Part shown: positions 1 to 12,742 of the stretch, one piece after another
Numbering within the stretch: the first letter of the stretch is position 1
Layout of the letters: each line of letters opens with the position of its first letter
NCBI RefSeq assembly: GCF_009914755.1
Contig: NC_060939.1
Direction: 5' to 3' (one strand)
Length of the DNA stretch: 64,000 bases
Origin: the human T2T-CHM13v2.0 reference genome, Homo sapiens
Translations under genes and position numbers: made by a program
Notes under the pieces: generated by a model
Database searches by the model: none
Told to the model about the DNA's origin: nothing
What the model saw: the letters and a program-made list of their open reading frames with translations, nothing else

Positions 1-99
1 ACATGGATGAGCCTGGCAGTGTTCTAAGCACTTTGTTTTCAAAATATAAAACAAAACAAAAACTAAATGCAAAACTACGTGTGTCATCAATTGTGCTAT

Positions 100-430
100 C
101 CGCCAGACCACCCTGGATCTCCCCATTCTGAGCACATGGTTGGATTGGACATCTTGTTCCCACTGTGGTTGGGAGGGGCCATGTGACTTATTCTGGCCAA
201 TGAGTTTTGAGCAGAAGTGAAGCATGTCATTTGCAGGCTAGAGTATTTATTGCTGCTCAGGACCCTCCAGTTGTCTCTTTTCCTCTGGCATAGTGACTGG
301 CAATTTGGAGAATCAGCGTATCCTACCAACTTACAATGGTCATGTGGTACGAATGGGAAATAAACCATGTTTATTTTTAATTTGAGTCACTATTGTTTGG
401 TTTATTCATTAGTGAAGACTAGTCTAGTCT
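100..430 (+). mobile_element. Old MaLR LTR fragment (MLT1J/K-like)
   Basis: GGGCCATGTGACT...CTGGCCAATGAG...GCAGAAGTGA and a 3' AAATAAAC...GAGTCACT segment, both typical of MLT1 LTRs; highly diverged. Confidence 0.5.
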
Positions 431-1109
431 CTCCGATTAAACTTACATAATCATAGGCTATTTTTGAAAAGATATACAAAAATTTGGCAACAGAAAGATA
501 ACTAGAATCAAGAGTGAGAGAGATTTTATACTCTTTTTTTTTTTGTACTATGTTTTGTTTATCATGTCCATACATGAATCCCTTCCTCTACCGCTAAATT
601 GAAACAAATGAATAAATGAAATGTATGGAGCTGACACTATGTGCTAGGCATCCTGCCAGGTAATTAGGAGACAAAGCTTGAAGCTATTCTATTTTCCTGG
701 CTAAGGGTCTATTTGGCTGATCTCCCTGATTTTTCTCTGATTATCTGTATCTTGCTTAAATGGATCCTCCCCACACCATACAATGCTCCTCTTACATTCA
801 GATCCAGCACATCAAAGAGAACAGAGCCAGCATCTTTTTGGCCAGGTCAGAGAAGTCTCATGGAGCCTGTCCATTATCATCACCGATGGCTAACTTGGAG
901 TGAGTTTGGGAAAGGCTGTAATGATACTCGCAGCCTCTCAGCTTGCCATATGGATGAACAGCACTGCAGCTGGTCACTTGAGGGGCCACTCCCTGGCCAT
1001 TGGATGTGAGCCTGGAGCAGGCTGTGTCCTGAAAAATCTTCTGTTGTGAGTGAGCCCATGTGACAATTCTCCTTGCGGGAGATGGGGGCCAGGGTATGAG
1101 GTAGGGTTC

Positions 1110-1400
1110 ATCATTCAGCTGCAGAAGCCCAACCACAGCAGCTCAACTAAATAAGGGGTGACTATCCCCTATAACAAGGAGTCTAAGGAGGCCTCCCAGA
1201 GGAGGTGCAGCAGCTCGTGTCCCAGGCTGTATCACACCTGCCACCTCATGGCCATAAGATCACGGTGGCTCTACCTTGTGCCTCCCATCAGCATTCCTAG
1301 CCAGAAAAAGAGGCAGAAAGGAAGCAAGAAGGTGTTAACAGCCGTGTCAGCAAAGCACGAAGTTTCTCAGAAATCCAATCTGTATTGGCTGGAAGTAGCC
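1110..1400 (-). mobile_element. Ancient MLT1 (M/N2/O-like) LTR fragment
   Basis: Diverged similarity (CAGCTGCAG...AAATAAGGGG...ATAACAAG...CACCTGCCACCTCATGGCCATAAGAT) to old MLT1 LTRs in reverse. Confidence 0.35.
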
Positions 1401-1402
1401 AA

Positions 1403-1625
1403 GCATAATAGATAAAAGCACTAACTCTAAAAACTGACTGGGTTCAAATCCTGGCTCCACCATTTAATAGTTGCGTGTTCTCAGCCTACTTACTTAACCT
1501 CTCTGTATCTCAGTGTTCTTAAAGATAAAACAGGAATTACAGCACCTCCCTCCTAGAAAAATTATGGAAACTAAATTGTAAAGTGCTGAGAACCATGCTT
1601 TGTCTGTAGCAAGTACAACTTAAGT
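1403..1625 (+). mobile_element. MIR SINE
   Basis: GGGTTCAAATCCTGGCTCCACC...TTACTTAACCTCTCTGTATCTCAGT MIR core. Confidence 0.85.
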
Positions 1626-1999
1626 GTCTGCTAGATAAACACTTGACCAACCCTCCTGCAAGGGAGTCTGGGAAGGTGAGTACTTTAGCTAGGTATATTA
1701 TTGCCCTGACCAAAAGCAGGAATCGGTTAATAAGTAGGAGAGGAAGAAAGGTACTGGGTAGCATTCAGCAATGCCTGTCATGGCCAGCAGGTTGGACAGG
1801 GGCTAGAGTTTGAGTCTAATGAGTAAGGTGACCAAGAGAGAAAAGAGTCAGAGGGCTAAAACCCTGAACCGAAATCCTTTGTTGGTATTGGGGTGGAGTT
1901 GGGAAGTAAAGAGCAATATGCTGTTCCTGAGTCTTGGTCTGAATGGGACCTTGGAAACACAGGCCTAGCAGCTACAGGAAGAGAAAAGAAATATGAGAA

Positions 2000-2205
2000 A
2001 TAATAACAGCTCTCATTTATTGAACAGCTTTAGTTGCCAAGTACTTTACATATTATTCAGTGCTCATCTCAACCTCGGCATGATAGCATAATTTCCCCCA
2101 TTTTACACATGAGGAAACCAAGGATCAGAGAAGTTCAGTAAATTGCCCAAGGTCACCCAGCCCATAAGTAGTAGCATGAGTACCGAGGCCTCAGACATAA
2201 CCATT
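2000..2205 (-). mobile_element. MIR SINE
   Basis: CCCCATTTTACACATGAGGAAACCAAGG...TTGCCCAAGGTCAC reverse MIR core. Confidence 0.85.
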
Positions 2206-3739
2206 CTGCCTCTCAGTTTTTCATCAACTGCCTTGAGTGACAGGCCCCTGCTCAACACTGAGATGACCTGTGGATACCTGAGATTGTCCTATATGCCACT
2301 GCATTTGTCCCCACTCAGAAGTACTTAGCTGCTGGATATGCTGGTATTCCAGCAGCCACTAGCTGATGGTGTCGGAGCAGGAACTAGGATTGGATGAAGC
2401 CTGGATGGGGAGAGCCATGGGTGGGAGGTTGACTAGGAGACCTGGTCGAGTGTGTGCTCTGAGACAGTGTTAGCCAGGCCTAAGTCACACTTTAGATCTG
2501 AAGCAATACTGTAATCACTGTGTCTGGCAGTGGTACCTGGAGAAGGAAGGGCCATTTAAACTCAAAGCCAGATCCAGGTCAGTGATGGGGGATGGCGGGT
2601 GGGAAATTGGCAGTGTGGGGTGCGGGCAGAGCCAGATTCCAGGAAAGGAGGCAAGGGAGGACTCTGCAAGGGTCAGGGTTCTGGCTCCAGAGACTGCTTC
2701 CATCCAGCGGGGAGCGAGAGGACAAGACGGAAGCTCTCAGGAGGGAGGCCTGGGCTCCCACTCATAGGCTGATATTCAAACATGCACAACCAGTAAGGCA
2801 GATGGGGGCACCTGAGCAGGTAACTCTGCTGGACTAGGAGCCTGGAGCCCCCTACTACGCCAGGAACACTGACCCTTTGGTCGTTAGACCATGAACGAAG
2901 TCTGGGTTGTCTCAGGAGGTCCCAGGGGAGGGGGAGGGGCCGGGACAGCCTGGCTTAGGCAAAGCCTTTAGACTTAGCAGTAATTTTCCAATTCCTAAGA
3001 AAGCATTCAGTGTTTTAACAAGTAGCATATCTGGTGAAATGTCAGCCCTACACTCACCAGCTAAATTCCAGACACCCTCCCCACCTCTGTGGGCGTTTAT
3101 TACCAAAGGGCCCCTGTCCTGCTCGGGGTGGGCTCAGGACAGAGCAGGGCCTAACCTGCAGGGTCAGGGGCTTAGCACCCCCAGACCTAGAGGCAGGGCA
3201 GACCCATTTCCCCTTTGTTCATTCTTTCAATATTTCAGTCTGGAAAGGGAAGGGTAGAAGTTTGTCTGCTTTTGGTTTTCCACTTTGAGATATTTGTGGG
3301 GATCAGGCAGCTGTCTGGGGGTTTCCTCCCGGTGCCCAGTCCTGCCTGAGGGCTGAGGGGCAGGCACCAGTGAGCTCCAGGGCCCCTGCCTTCCTGGAAC
3401 AGGTAGTGCAGAAGTTATATTCTCATCTTCTGCTAACTGCTCGCTTTCTTTAGGCAGTGAGCTTTTTCATACCAACCCAATTCTGTTTCCACCCTGTCGC
3501 CCTCATATCCACCCCCATAAGCTGCTTTCCACCAACAACAATTTGAAAATTGATCTTTGAAATGACTCCTCACTTAAATCAGCTTCTGAGTTTTAAAGGG
3601 TAAGAAAATGTCTCTTACTCATTTAGACTAAAATAATGTGCCCATTAACTGCGCTAGAGACATGCAAAGTCTACTGCCTAGAAATTATCCATTAGCCTCG
3701 TTTCAGACTCTTCCACCTGCCACCCACCCTCCATGCAGC

Positions 3740-4725
3740 AGCATAGTTCTAAATCTCAAACATCATCTTGACATTCCCTCCTCCAAATACGAACTTTCAA
3801 CGGCTCTGCCTTGCCTTAAGCTAAAAATCCAAATTCCTAAGCCTGTGATCTAACTTAGGTCTTTCCCATCACTCTTTCCATCTTTTTTAAAAGCATTTTC
3901 CACCATTTGCTCATTATCAAAAATAGTTCAACTCTTCTTGTGAAACAAAAACAAAAGAGTACACACCAGACACATACATTTTCCTTCCTATTGCTTTAGA
4001 CCTCACTCTTAACCTAGGAACTTCTCTGGCTCCAGCTATACCAGACATGGCACAGGGTTAGCCCATTTCTTCTGTCCCTTCCCCCTGGAGAGACTTCATT
4101 CAGTCTCCACCTGTCAAATCCTAGCTGTCCTTCAAGGGAGGGACTTAAATGCAACCTTCTCTAAGTAGTCTTTTCAAATCCTCCTGGCTTAGAGGATTAG
4201 CCTCCCTGGGCTCTCCCTGTGCACCTTATTCTCATCTATTGTAGCAGACCAGCTGGCATCTCCTGTGCCCAGCTAATACTTCATTCTCCAACAATGTCTA
4301 CTCTTCATTATGTCTTCCACACTTGCTGTATTGTGTTTTTGTGCCCCTGTATCTGTTTGTTTCTGGACTATCTTTTCTCCCCTTATCTGATCAGCCAAGT
4401 CAAACTCATCCTTCCAAAGCAGCATTTCTCAACCTTGGCTGCATGTTAGAGTGCTCAGCCAATCAGCTGGAGGGTGTTCAAAAAGCTCTATACCCAGGCC
4501 TCAGCCCCCAGCAACTAAATCGAAACCTCTGGGCATGGGAGCCAGGCGTCAGAGCTTGTAAAAGTTCTCAAGCGATGTCAGTGTGCATTGGGTTGAGAAC
4601 ACCTGTTCTGGAATCACCTCAAGCTTCCACCTACTTCATTTAGATTAATTATTATTTGTATCCCTGGAGTTCAGCACTGTGCCTGTAACTGTAAGAGTAT
4701 TTGTTGAATGAATGAATAAATAAAT
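3740..4725 (+). mobile_element. L2 LINE 3' fragments, interrupted by a MER5
   Basis: L2-like AACTTTCAACGGCTC...AAAATCCAAATTCCT, CCTTCAAG...AAATGCAACCTTCTCT, and the L2 3' tail TATTTGTTGAATGAATGAAT. Confidence 0.65.
4420..4605. mobile_element. MER5B-like hAT-Charlie MITE
   Basis: Termini CAGCATTTCTCAACCTTGGCTGCA ... GGTTGAGAACACCTG. Confidence 0.75.
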
Positions 4726-5299
4726 GGGTGAATGGGGTTTTTTTAAAAAAATGGATGGAAGGAAGGATAGCTGAAGGACAGATGGATGCTTACTCAGGAA
4801 GAATCATAGGCTGCCTTCCACTTCTAGACTTACTCCTGGAAGGGAGGTATCAGCTCCACACCCCTAGCAATGCACCTCCCTTACACAACACAGGTGTTGA
4901 GTAAATATTTGTAGACTTCAATTCAGCAGTGGCTTCACTCAGTTGCCAAGTCATCTACTGAGAGCAGTCATTGGCCAACTCCGTCCACAAAACATTTTGA
5001 CCTAGACCAAAATGGAGCATTGGAAAAATGAAGTGATAAAAGCGGATCTCTGGAATTTTTGTGTTAAGTTTTCTTTCCATAACTTTTCTTAAAATTTTGC
5101 CTACCTACTACTGATTGTTTTGCTAGCAAGTATTGATGAATCAATATGATTAAGCACAAAAGCAAACCAATACAGGAAATCTATAAAATATGATTAGAAA
5201 ATAACTTCTGGAGAATGTTACTTCTGATTTAATTGCTTTCCCTTTCTCATCTCCTTCCTTCCCTCTTACCTTCCTTCTTTCCTTTCTTTCCTTCTTTCT

Positions 5300-5619
5300 T
5301 CTTTTTTTTTATTGGTTTGTGTGTTTTTTGTTTTTGAGATGGCATCTCACTTTGTCACTCAGGCTGGAGTGTAGTGGCGTGATCACGGCTCACCGCAGCC
5401 TCAACCTCCTGGGATCAGGTGATCCTCCTGCCTCAGCCTCCATAGTAGCTTGGACTACAGGCACATGCCACCATACCTGGCTTATCTTTGTATTTTTTTG
5501 TAGAGATGTGGGTCTCGTGATGTTACCCAGGCTGGTCTAGAATTCCTGGGTTCAAGCGATCTGCCAGCCTTGGACTCCCAAAGTGCTGTGATTATAGGCG
5601 TGAGCCACCACACCCAACC
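5300..5619 (-). mobile_element. AluJ
   Basis: Full dimeric Alu in reverse with J-type features (GATCACGGCTCACCGCAGCCTCAACCTCCTGGG; TTTTGTAGAGATG). Confidence 0.95.
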
Positions 5620-5672
5620 CTCCCTCCCTCCCTCCCTTCCTTCCTTCCTTCCTTCCTTCCTTCCTTCCTTCC
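5618..5672. repeat. (CCCT)n-(TTCC)n microsatellite
   Basis: Direct reading. Confidence 0.95.
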
Positions 5673-5770
5673 ACAAGTATTTAGTTAGCATATACTAGGT
5701 GCGAATCACTGTGCTAGGATTAAAGGCACAGTACAGACGTGGTCTTTTCCCACATGAAATTCACTGTGAA
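5660..5770 (-). mobile_element. L2 3' end fragment
   Basis: CAAGTATTTAGTTAGCATATACTAGGTGCGAATCACTGTGCTAGG matches the reverse L2 3' end. Confidence 0.65.
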
Positions 5771-6240
5771 TAGTTGAATGTTCCATGATTTCCACAAGGT
5801 ATGCTATGAGTTATAGAAACTCCCCATCCTCCACAAGGTTAGGAACAACTAACACATTAAAATTTCACAGCCAGTGCTCATTGAAGACAACAGGTGCACT
5901 TAACCATCAGTTTAAGTGGCTTATGGTTGGTGACTGAGCCAAGCCAGGGAAGGCAGAACCAGCTCGGCTGGCGTTGGACACTTCCTCTCAGGACTCTCCT
6001 TTACCTTAAGGAACCATCCATGGTACCCATGAAGATCCCGCCAGTCTCCACAGTCAGGCCAAACCTTGCCTGTTTGCTGTCAGGCCCCCAGATCCCTAGA
6101 TCTTTCTGCGTTTTGTGCTGTGGGGCCTTCCAGCATCAAACTACTAGGACCTCTGGGAGTTTCCATCTCCTTGTCTATATAACATCAGGTTGTGGAAGAA
6201 GCCACAAATGTTAAAGGTTACAAAGGTTCAGTCTAAGTGA

Positions 6241-6583
6241 TTTCATATGCTGAAATCCTAACCCCCACAATGTGATGGTATTAGAAGGTGGCGCCTTTGG
6301 GAGATGATTAGCCCGTGGAGGCTAAGTTCTCATGAATGGACTAGTACCCTTATAATAGAAGCCCCAGAGAGCTGCCTCACCCCTTTTGCCATATGAGGAT
6401 ACAGCTAGGAGGCAGGAGGCACCATCAATGAACCAGGAAATGGGGCCTCCCCAGACACCAAATCTGCCAGCACCTCGATCTTAGACTTTTCAGCCTCCAG
6501 AACTGTAAGAAATAAATTTATGTTGTTTCTAAGCCACCCAGTTTACGATATTTTGTTACAGCAGACTGAATATGCTAATGCAC
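6241..6583 (+). mobile_element. MLT1A0 MaLR solo LTR, 5' end missing
   Basis: TTCATATGCTGAAATCCTAACCCCC...CAGCCTCCAGAACTGTAAGAAATAAATTT...AAGCCACCCAG. Confidence 0.85.
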
Positions 6584-7086
6584 AGTGATAATTTTTCCCT
6601 GAAACCAGGAAAAAACAACACAGAAAACAGACTCAGAAACCATGAAGCGGTCAAGTGAGCTGGATAAAATTGTCCACAAGAAACCTGTCCTAAGCCCAGA
6701 TGTCTCAGCTACCCCTTTAGTAGAAGAGGTGGTGCTCGCTCAAATCTGGGGTGAAGCAAATCTTCCACAAGCCTGCTTTCCATCCTAATTTGGATCCCAG
6801 TTTGTTCTTCTGGTCTCAGAAGTCCAAGCATTTCAGTGAAGCTGCTCTCCTGTCTACTCTGTCTCTGTCCCTAAAGCCCACTCATATTTGCCTTCAAAGA
6901 GCCTGGTGTTTCTGATATCCCACTGCAAGGCCTCCTTTACTCCTCCTGAAATCTGTGTGGCATGGTTTCCAAGCCTCAGGACAGTCTTTTCCTCTACGTG
7001 GAGCATGCAGATAATGTGTTTCATTTGTCTGAACTATGTGCTGGTTTTGTCTGTTGCCAGACTCTCGCTTTAAAGAAAGCTGGCCT

Positions 7087-7540
<454 letters not shown>

Positions 7541-8324
7541 TCATTGTGCCTCACCTCGCAAGTTCCAGTGATGTTCACAAGTGCCACATTTAACATCCAA
7601 CTGTGAGAAAGGGTGGGGGTTGTGGGGGAAGAAGGCCTGTCCTCTGATTACATTATGGTCAAGTCATTTTCAGAAGCTTCATCATTCAAGTGCAAGAAGG
7701 AGTGGAATTTTCCAGAGGCCACTTAATTGCACTCTTATAGACTATGGTATTTTAAACATTAATACACTGTAATAAAAGAAACTAGGAGAAATTTGGATTA
7801 ATCAAAGGCCGGAGCTGGAAGAGAGGAGACATTATGGAGATTGATGGCTTGGATTAGATAATCACAGAGAGATATGCATTCATTCAAGAAAGTAATTTTT
7901 AAACTGTGGCCCTAAACCTCTAGGGTCCCAGGGGATGCTGCAGGTCTGCAAGGATTATATAAAAGCTTGGCTCAGAAATTCCATTTATGTAACTATTTCT
8001 GAAAAGTCTAATAAAAACATGCATACTCGAAGGTTACATTTCCAAAAGTTTACTATTATTTGAGATCACTGGTGTTTTCATTTACATGTTAACTGACAAA
8101 CTTTATGGTAAATATGATAAATATGAACATAGAAAACAAATTTACTTGTGTCAAACACACAGTGTAGGATATCAATATGTGGTCTAAAAAATTCATTTTT
8201 TTTTTTTACCACTGATCCTGGATTCCTCTTAGGTAGAAAATTGTCTTTATTTGCCCTCCCTCTATGTTTATACTTATTTGATTGTTTTATTAACTAGCAC
8301 CCTTTTTCCTCATAGCCCATTAGT

Positions 8325-8772
8325 CACACAGCTGCCATTTGTCCCTCCAGACCCAATCCCCCAATACACTTCTTCACACTTCTTTCTGTCCAAGAGGCAG
8401 GCTTGAGTGGCTATATCAATGGCTTTCCTTGCCCTTTGGCTTTCTGTTGGATTGGCCCATGGGGAGCTCTAGCTGGACAAGGAAGAGAGGAGATGAGGTC
8501 AAGGTCCCTAGCTAGGTCCCTCAACCATGAAGGCCACTACCACTCTCCTGGAGCAAGAACTCTCTCTTCCCTTTGAATTCCTGTAGTAACTGTTCCCTCC
8601 TCCCTCCCTTCAGGCTGCGTTGAAGTAACAGCTCTACTTCCAGTAACTCCAGGTTTCTATACTACCTCTGGGAGTTTCCTTACACCCTCCCACACCTTTG
8701 TACATACACTTATCTTGAGTTATCTTCATTTAGGGGTGCCACCTGCTTCCTGCTGGAACTTTCACAGATACA
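8325..8772 (+). mobile_element. LTR33-type ERVL solo LTR
   Basis: CCATTTGTCCCTCCAGA...TTGCCCTTTGGCTTTCTGTTGGG...TGCCACCTGCTTCCTGCTGG...GATACA. Confidence 0.7.
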
Positions 8773-8799
8773 CCCCACTCCTGGTTCCCTTCTAATGAT

Positions 8800-9600
8800 G
8801 AAAACCATCCCTATGTCATTCTGTGCTTCTGTTTGTACGTATTCTTGCAAAATAGTGTTGTTTTGTATGCATGTATTTCCGTTTTTTAACTGAGCTATAG
8901 ATTTCTTTTGGCATTTTACCTTTCTCACTAATTACCATTTCTTAAACAGTTCATCCATGTTGCTATGGCTACAACTAATCTGTGGTTTCTAAACTGCTGC
9001 ACCATACTCCGCTGTGTACACGCACCACATTTGCCTATCCAATCTACAGAAGACAGACAGCCAGGTTGTCTCCAGCTTTCTGGCACCTCAACCAGTGCTG
9101 CAGTGAAAAACTTTATATATGCATGTCCCTTGGGGAGCTGTGTAAGGATTTCTTTGGACTGCATAGCAAGGGATAGAATTGCTGAGTCATGCAGTGTGTA
9201 TCTACTTAATTGAACTCAATTAAGTGAACCAGCTGTACTCTACAGAATGCCCATGTACGTCTGCTCTCCTGGGAGCAGTGCCCAAGGCTTCCCCTCCCTA
9301 AGTATCCACCAATATTTGGCATTATCCTTATTTTGTATTTGCCTTTCTTTGATTAGTAATAATTTTGAGCATTTCCTCAGATGCTTTTGATTTCCTCTTT
9401 CATAAATTATATGTCCACATCCTTTGACTATTTTTCTATTGAGGTTGCTGTTTTTCTTATTTATCTACAAGGGGTTCCTTGTATATTTTTAATGCACTGT
9501 TGGTTTTAGTTTGCTAATATTTTGTGTAGGATTTTGTTTCTACATTAATACATAAAATAAGACTATACATTTCTTTTCTCCTATTGTCCTTATCTGGAGT
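8800..9600 (-). mobile_element. Old L1M (L1ME-like) 3' fragment
   Basis: TTCATCCATGTTGCT...ACCACATTTGCCTATCCA...TAGAATTGCTGAGTCAT...TTGAGCATTT reverse L1 motifs. Confidence 0.75.
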
Positions 9601-9914
9601 AACTTTAATAATATAAGAATTGATTGTTTCTTACAAGAATCTGATGACTCTGCACCATGTACACCCTGGTCTAAGTCACTACTATCTCCCACCTGGATTA
9701 CCAATGAAGGATGGTTCGGTATAGGGGGTACAGAAGAACACTGGGTTTAAGAATGGAGCAGAGCCCAGTCATGAGCCCCTGTGTATGGTGTGATAATTAT
9801 TTGCTTTTTAAATCTGTCCTCTCCTCCCTATTGGAATCCATTTCCAGTACATGGCTCATGTGTGCCAAAAAACAAAGTGTTTAATTTCATTGGTGAGTAG
9901 ACCCGTTCTCCTGT

Positions 9915-10040
9915 TTTCTAGCTATATGATTTGGGAAGAGTCAAGTAACCTCAGTGTTGTATTTTCTATCAACAGAATAATAAAGATAAAACCATACCCC
10001 CTACTTGTGATGAGAGTTAAATAGAACAATGTACCTAGGG
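9915..10040 (+). mobile_element. MIR fragment
   Basis: TAGCTATATGATTTGGG...AACCTCAGT...GTGATGAGAGTTAAAT. Confidence 0.55.
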
Positions 10041-10962
10041 AGCCCATTCCCACTGACTGCCACAGGATGGTGGGCCTGTGTGGGTCGAGGCCAGTTCAGG
10101 GGTAATCCTCAGCCTTCTTCAAAACAAGGCTCAGGACATCAACTGGCTGGAAGCAGGGCTGATGTTTCAGGCTGCAGGAAATCTACAAGGTTGAGCATGT
10201 CTGGGTAGACAGGAGCAGGAACTCAACAGGGCAGTGCTCTCCCTAAGTTCCAGGGATCCCATACTGATTAGCATGCCAACAGGGCCCTCATTAGAGAGGA
10301 GCCCAGAAGGAAGGAGAGAGATTCCTGTGGTCCCTGGGCCTGCTCTCTCCACCCATATGTCCCCTCTGATGAGTGCATGCATGCGGCATTGATTACCAGA
10401 CCACACTGTGGCGCAGTCTCTCCATGGAATGGCTCCACACAGGGATTTATTAGTAATTAAGCCTTGAGTAAATATTTTGCAAACAGGGTCTCTCCTGATG
10501 ACTAGGAAGGGCTTTGGGAGGTGAGAACCCCATGGTTCTGGACCTTCAGGGCCTTCAGTATGGGCTTTCACATCCACATCATTATATGCTTGGCTACTTC
10601 AAGGCTGCCAGGGCCTCAGCTGGCTGATAACAACCAGTTACGAATGCAGCTCTGCCCTCTGGGTTGTGTCCTTTCCTAGAAGACATGGGAACATCTCTGG
10701 ATTGTTGATCTTGCCTGGTGTGGGTCTGGTGGCTCTCTCGCGGTGCACATGCTTCCTCCCTGGAAGTCTGCAGGATGCAATCCACAGGCAGGGTCTATGG
10801 GGAAATTTCACAGCCTTGGGGAGAGCACCACATCTCCAGGACGCCATGGAGTTAACTCACATGGACTCATGTGAGTTACTCACAGTGACTTATGGAGTTA
10901 ACTTCACATAGGATTTGTTCTGGCCAGCAGTTCTCACAGGGTGGGTTACTCTCAGCCCTTAG

Positions 10963-11186
10963 CAGAGTTAACAACCCAGAACTATTGATATTTTGGGCCA
11001 GCTGATTCTTTGTTTGTGGGGAATGGGGGTAGCCTATGCACTGTGAGGTATTTAGCAGCATCCGTGACCTCTGCCCACTAGAGGCCAATAGTATGCCTCT
11101 CACTCCCAGATGTAACAACCAAATATGTCTGCAGACATCACCAAATATCCCTGGAGGATAGAGCTGCCCCTGGTTGAGAACCACTA
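10963..11186. mobile_element. MER20 hAT MITE
   Basis: ACTATTGATATTTTGGGCCAG...AGCAGCATCC...CCCACTAGAGGCCAATAG...GCAGACATCACCAAATATCCC...GGTTGAGAACCACT. Confidence 0.9.
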
Positions 11187-11319
11187 TTAGAAAGGGTTTT
11201 CAGCTGATTTCAGCAAAAATACTGGGCCTTCTTGGGGGAAAAAGTGTAGATCAATAAGTTTTAAAATGATAAAGGGAAAGTTTGTTCAGAAAAATCCATT
11301 TATGCCTTTGTCCATTAAT

Positions 11320-11773
11320 CAGCTCTCAGTTAGGCTCCTCCCATGCACCAGGTACTGTTACAGGAGCAAAAGATTTAGCAGGAATAGGACACATAGGACC
11401 CCTGCCCTCCTAAGGCTTGCCTGCTAGTTGGGAGGGAAAGATGAGTAATAAACAAGTCAAAAAACAAATAAGATTATTTCAGGTTCGGGTAAGTACTCCA
11501 GGATTGGTATGATCAAGAGTATTCTGAATGAGGGGTGGTAGGGGGTCAGGAAAGACTTGAATAATGAGATGGATGCAGCCACTGGACTATTTGGGAGAAG
11601 AACTTTTCAGGTATATGGAACAGGGATGGAAAAAGGAGGAGAGGGAGTTTGAGGATGTTCGAGGAAGAGAAAAGAGGCCAGTGTGGCTGAGCTAAGGACT
11701 AAGGTGGAGTGTGGGATGAGGTGGAGAAGAGCTGGGAGATGCATTATGGTCTGGATTGTATTTTAAGTGCAAT
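11320..11773 (-). mobile_element. L2, 3' part of an interrupted minus-strand copy
   Basis: CCATGCACCAGGTACTG...CCCTGCCCTC...GAGGCCAGTGTGGCTG...GGATTGTATTTTAAGTGCAAT. Confidence 0.75.
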
Positions 11774-11774
11774 T

Positions 11775-12742
11775 ACCATCTCCCCATCATTATTCCTTGT
11801 AGTATTAATTCCAACCATTCCTTAACCCCACAAAGACCACTCTAGCCCATGGAACCTAACTCTAACTCTAACTCTCTCTCTCTCTCCCTCCCTCCCTCCT
11901 TCCCTCCCTCTCTCTTCTTTTTCTGAGACAGGGTCTCACTCTGTTGCTCAGGCTGGAGTGCAGTAGCATGATCACAGCTCACTACATCCTTGACCTCCTG
12001 GGCTGAAGCAATCCTCCCTACTCAGCCTCCCGAGTAGCTGGGACCACAGGCATGTGTCACCACACCTGGCTAATTTTTGTACTTTTTGTAGAGATGGGGG
12101 TCTCACTGTGTTGTCCAGCTGGTCTCGAACTCCTGGGTTCAATCTGCTTGCCTCAGCCTCCCAAAGTGTTGGGATTACAGGCATGAGTCACTGTGCCCAG
12201 TCAGCAACATTCTTTTATCATCCATTGCTCCCTCAAGTTCTCATTCTCCTTCTTTCTCAGCTTAAATCCATAGCCCATCACAATAAACTCTTTCTTTTTA
12301 TAGTTTCAACTTCCTTCCCCTCTTTCTGCCATTGCACTTGTCTAACAAAATCCCAAACCCGCAAAAATACTCCATTTGCCTTGAAGGAGCTGGATGTAGC
12401 TGGAGAGAACTTGTTCGGCATTAAATTTATGTGCACAACCTCAAGGGTTGTGCTGGCAACTCTACGCCAGTTCCCTAGTCAACTTATCTCCTCATCTCCA
12501 AAACAACCCTCACCTACCTTCTCCTCTTGCCTTAAACTGCCTAAACCTTTTCCCTCCATCTCATTTTCAGCTGATGACCTTGATTTTTATTTCTCTACGC
12601 TGTTGAGCAGTTGTTCGTGAGCCTATGTATGTGCACCTATAAGAAAGGGAATGCCTTTATATTGCTGTATCCCCAGTGTGTAGGAAGAGTGCCTTGTACT
12701 TAATAATTTATCTGTAAAAATGTGGTAGTGAATGAATGAATG
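11775..12742 (+). mobile_element. L2, plus strand, internally deleted, containing an AluJ
   Basis: L2 internal motifs (CAGCTTAAATCCATAGCCCATC; TCAGCTGATGACCTTG) and the 3' tail TGAATGAATGAATG. Confidence 0.65.
11915..12202 (-). mobile_element. AluJ (Jo-like) with CT-rich degenerate tail
   Basis: GAGACAGGGTCTCACTCTG...ATCACAGCTCACTACA...CCCAAAGTGTTGGGATTACAGGCATGAG. Confidence 0.95.

Noticed and set aside
2328-2356. 9-bp inverted repeat GCTGCTGGA...TCCAGCAGC as a small RNA hairpin or terminator
   Set aside because: Too short; expected by chance in 64 kb
12054-12620. 188-aa ORF
   Set aside because: Starts inside an antisense AluJ and continues in decayed L2; chance open frame
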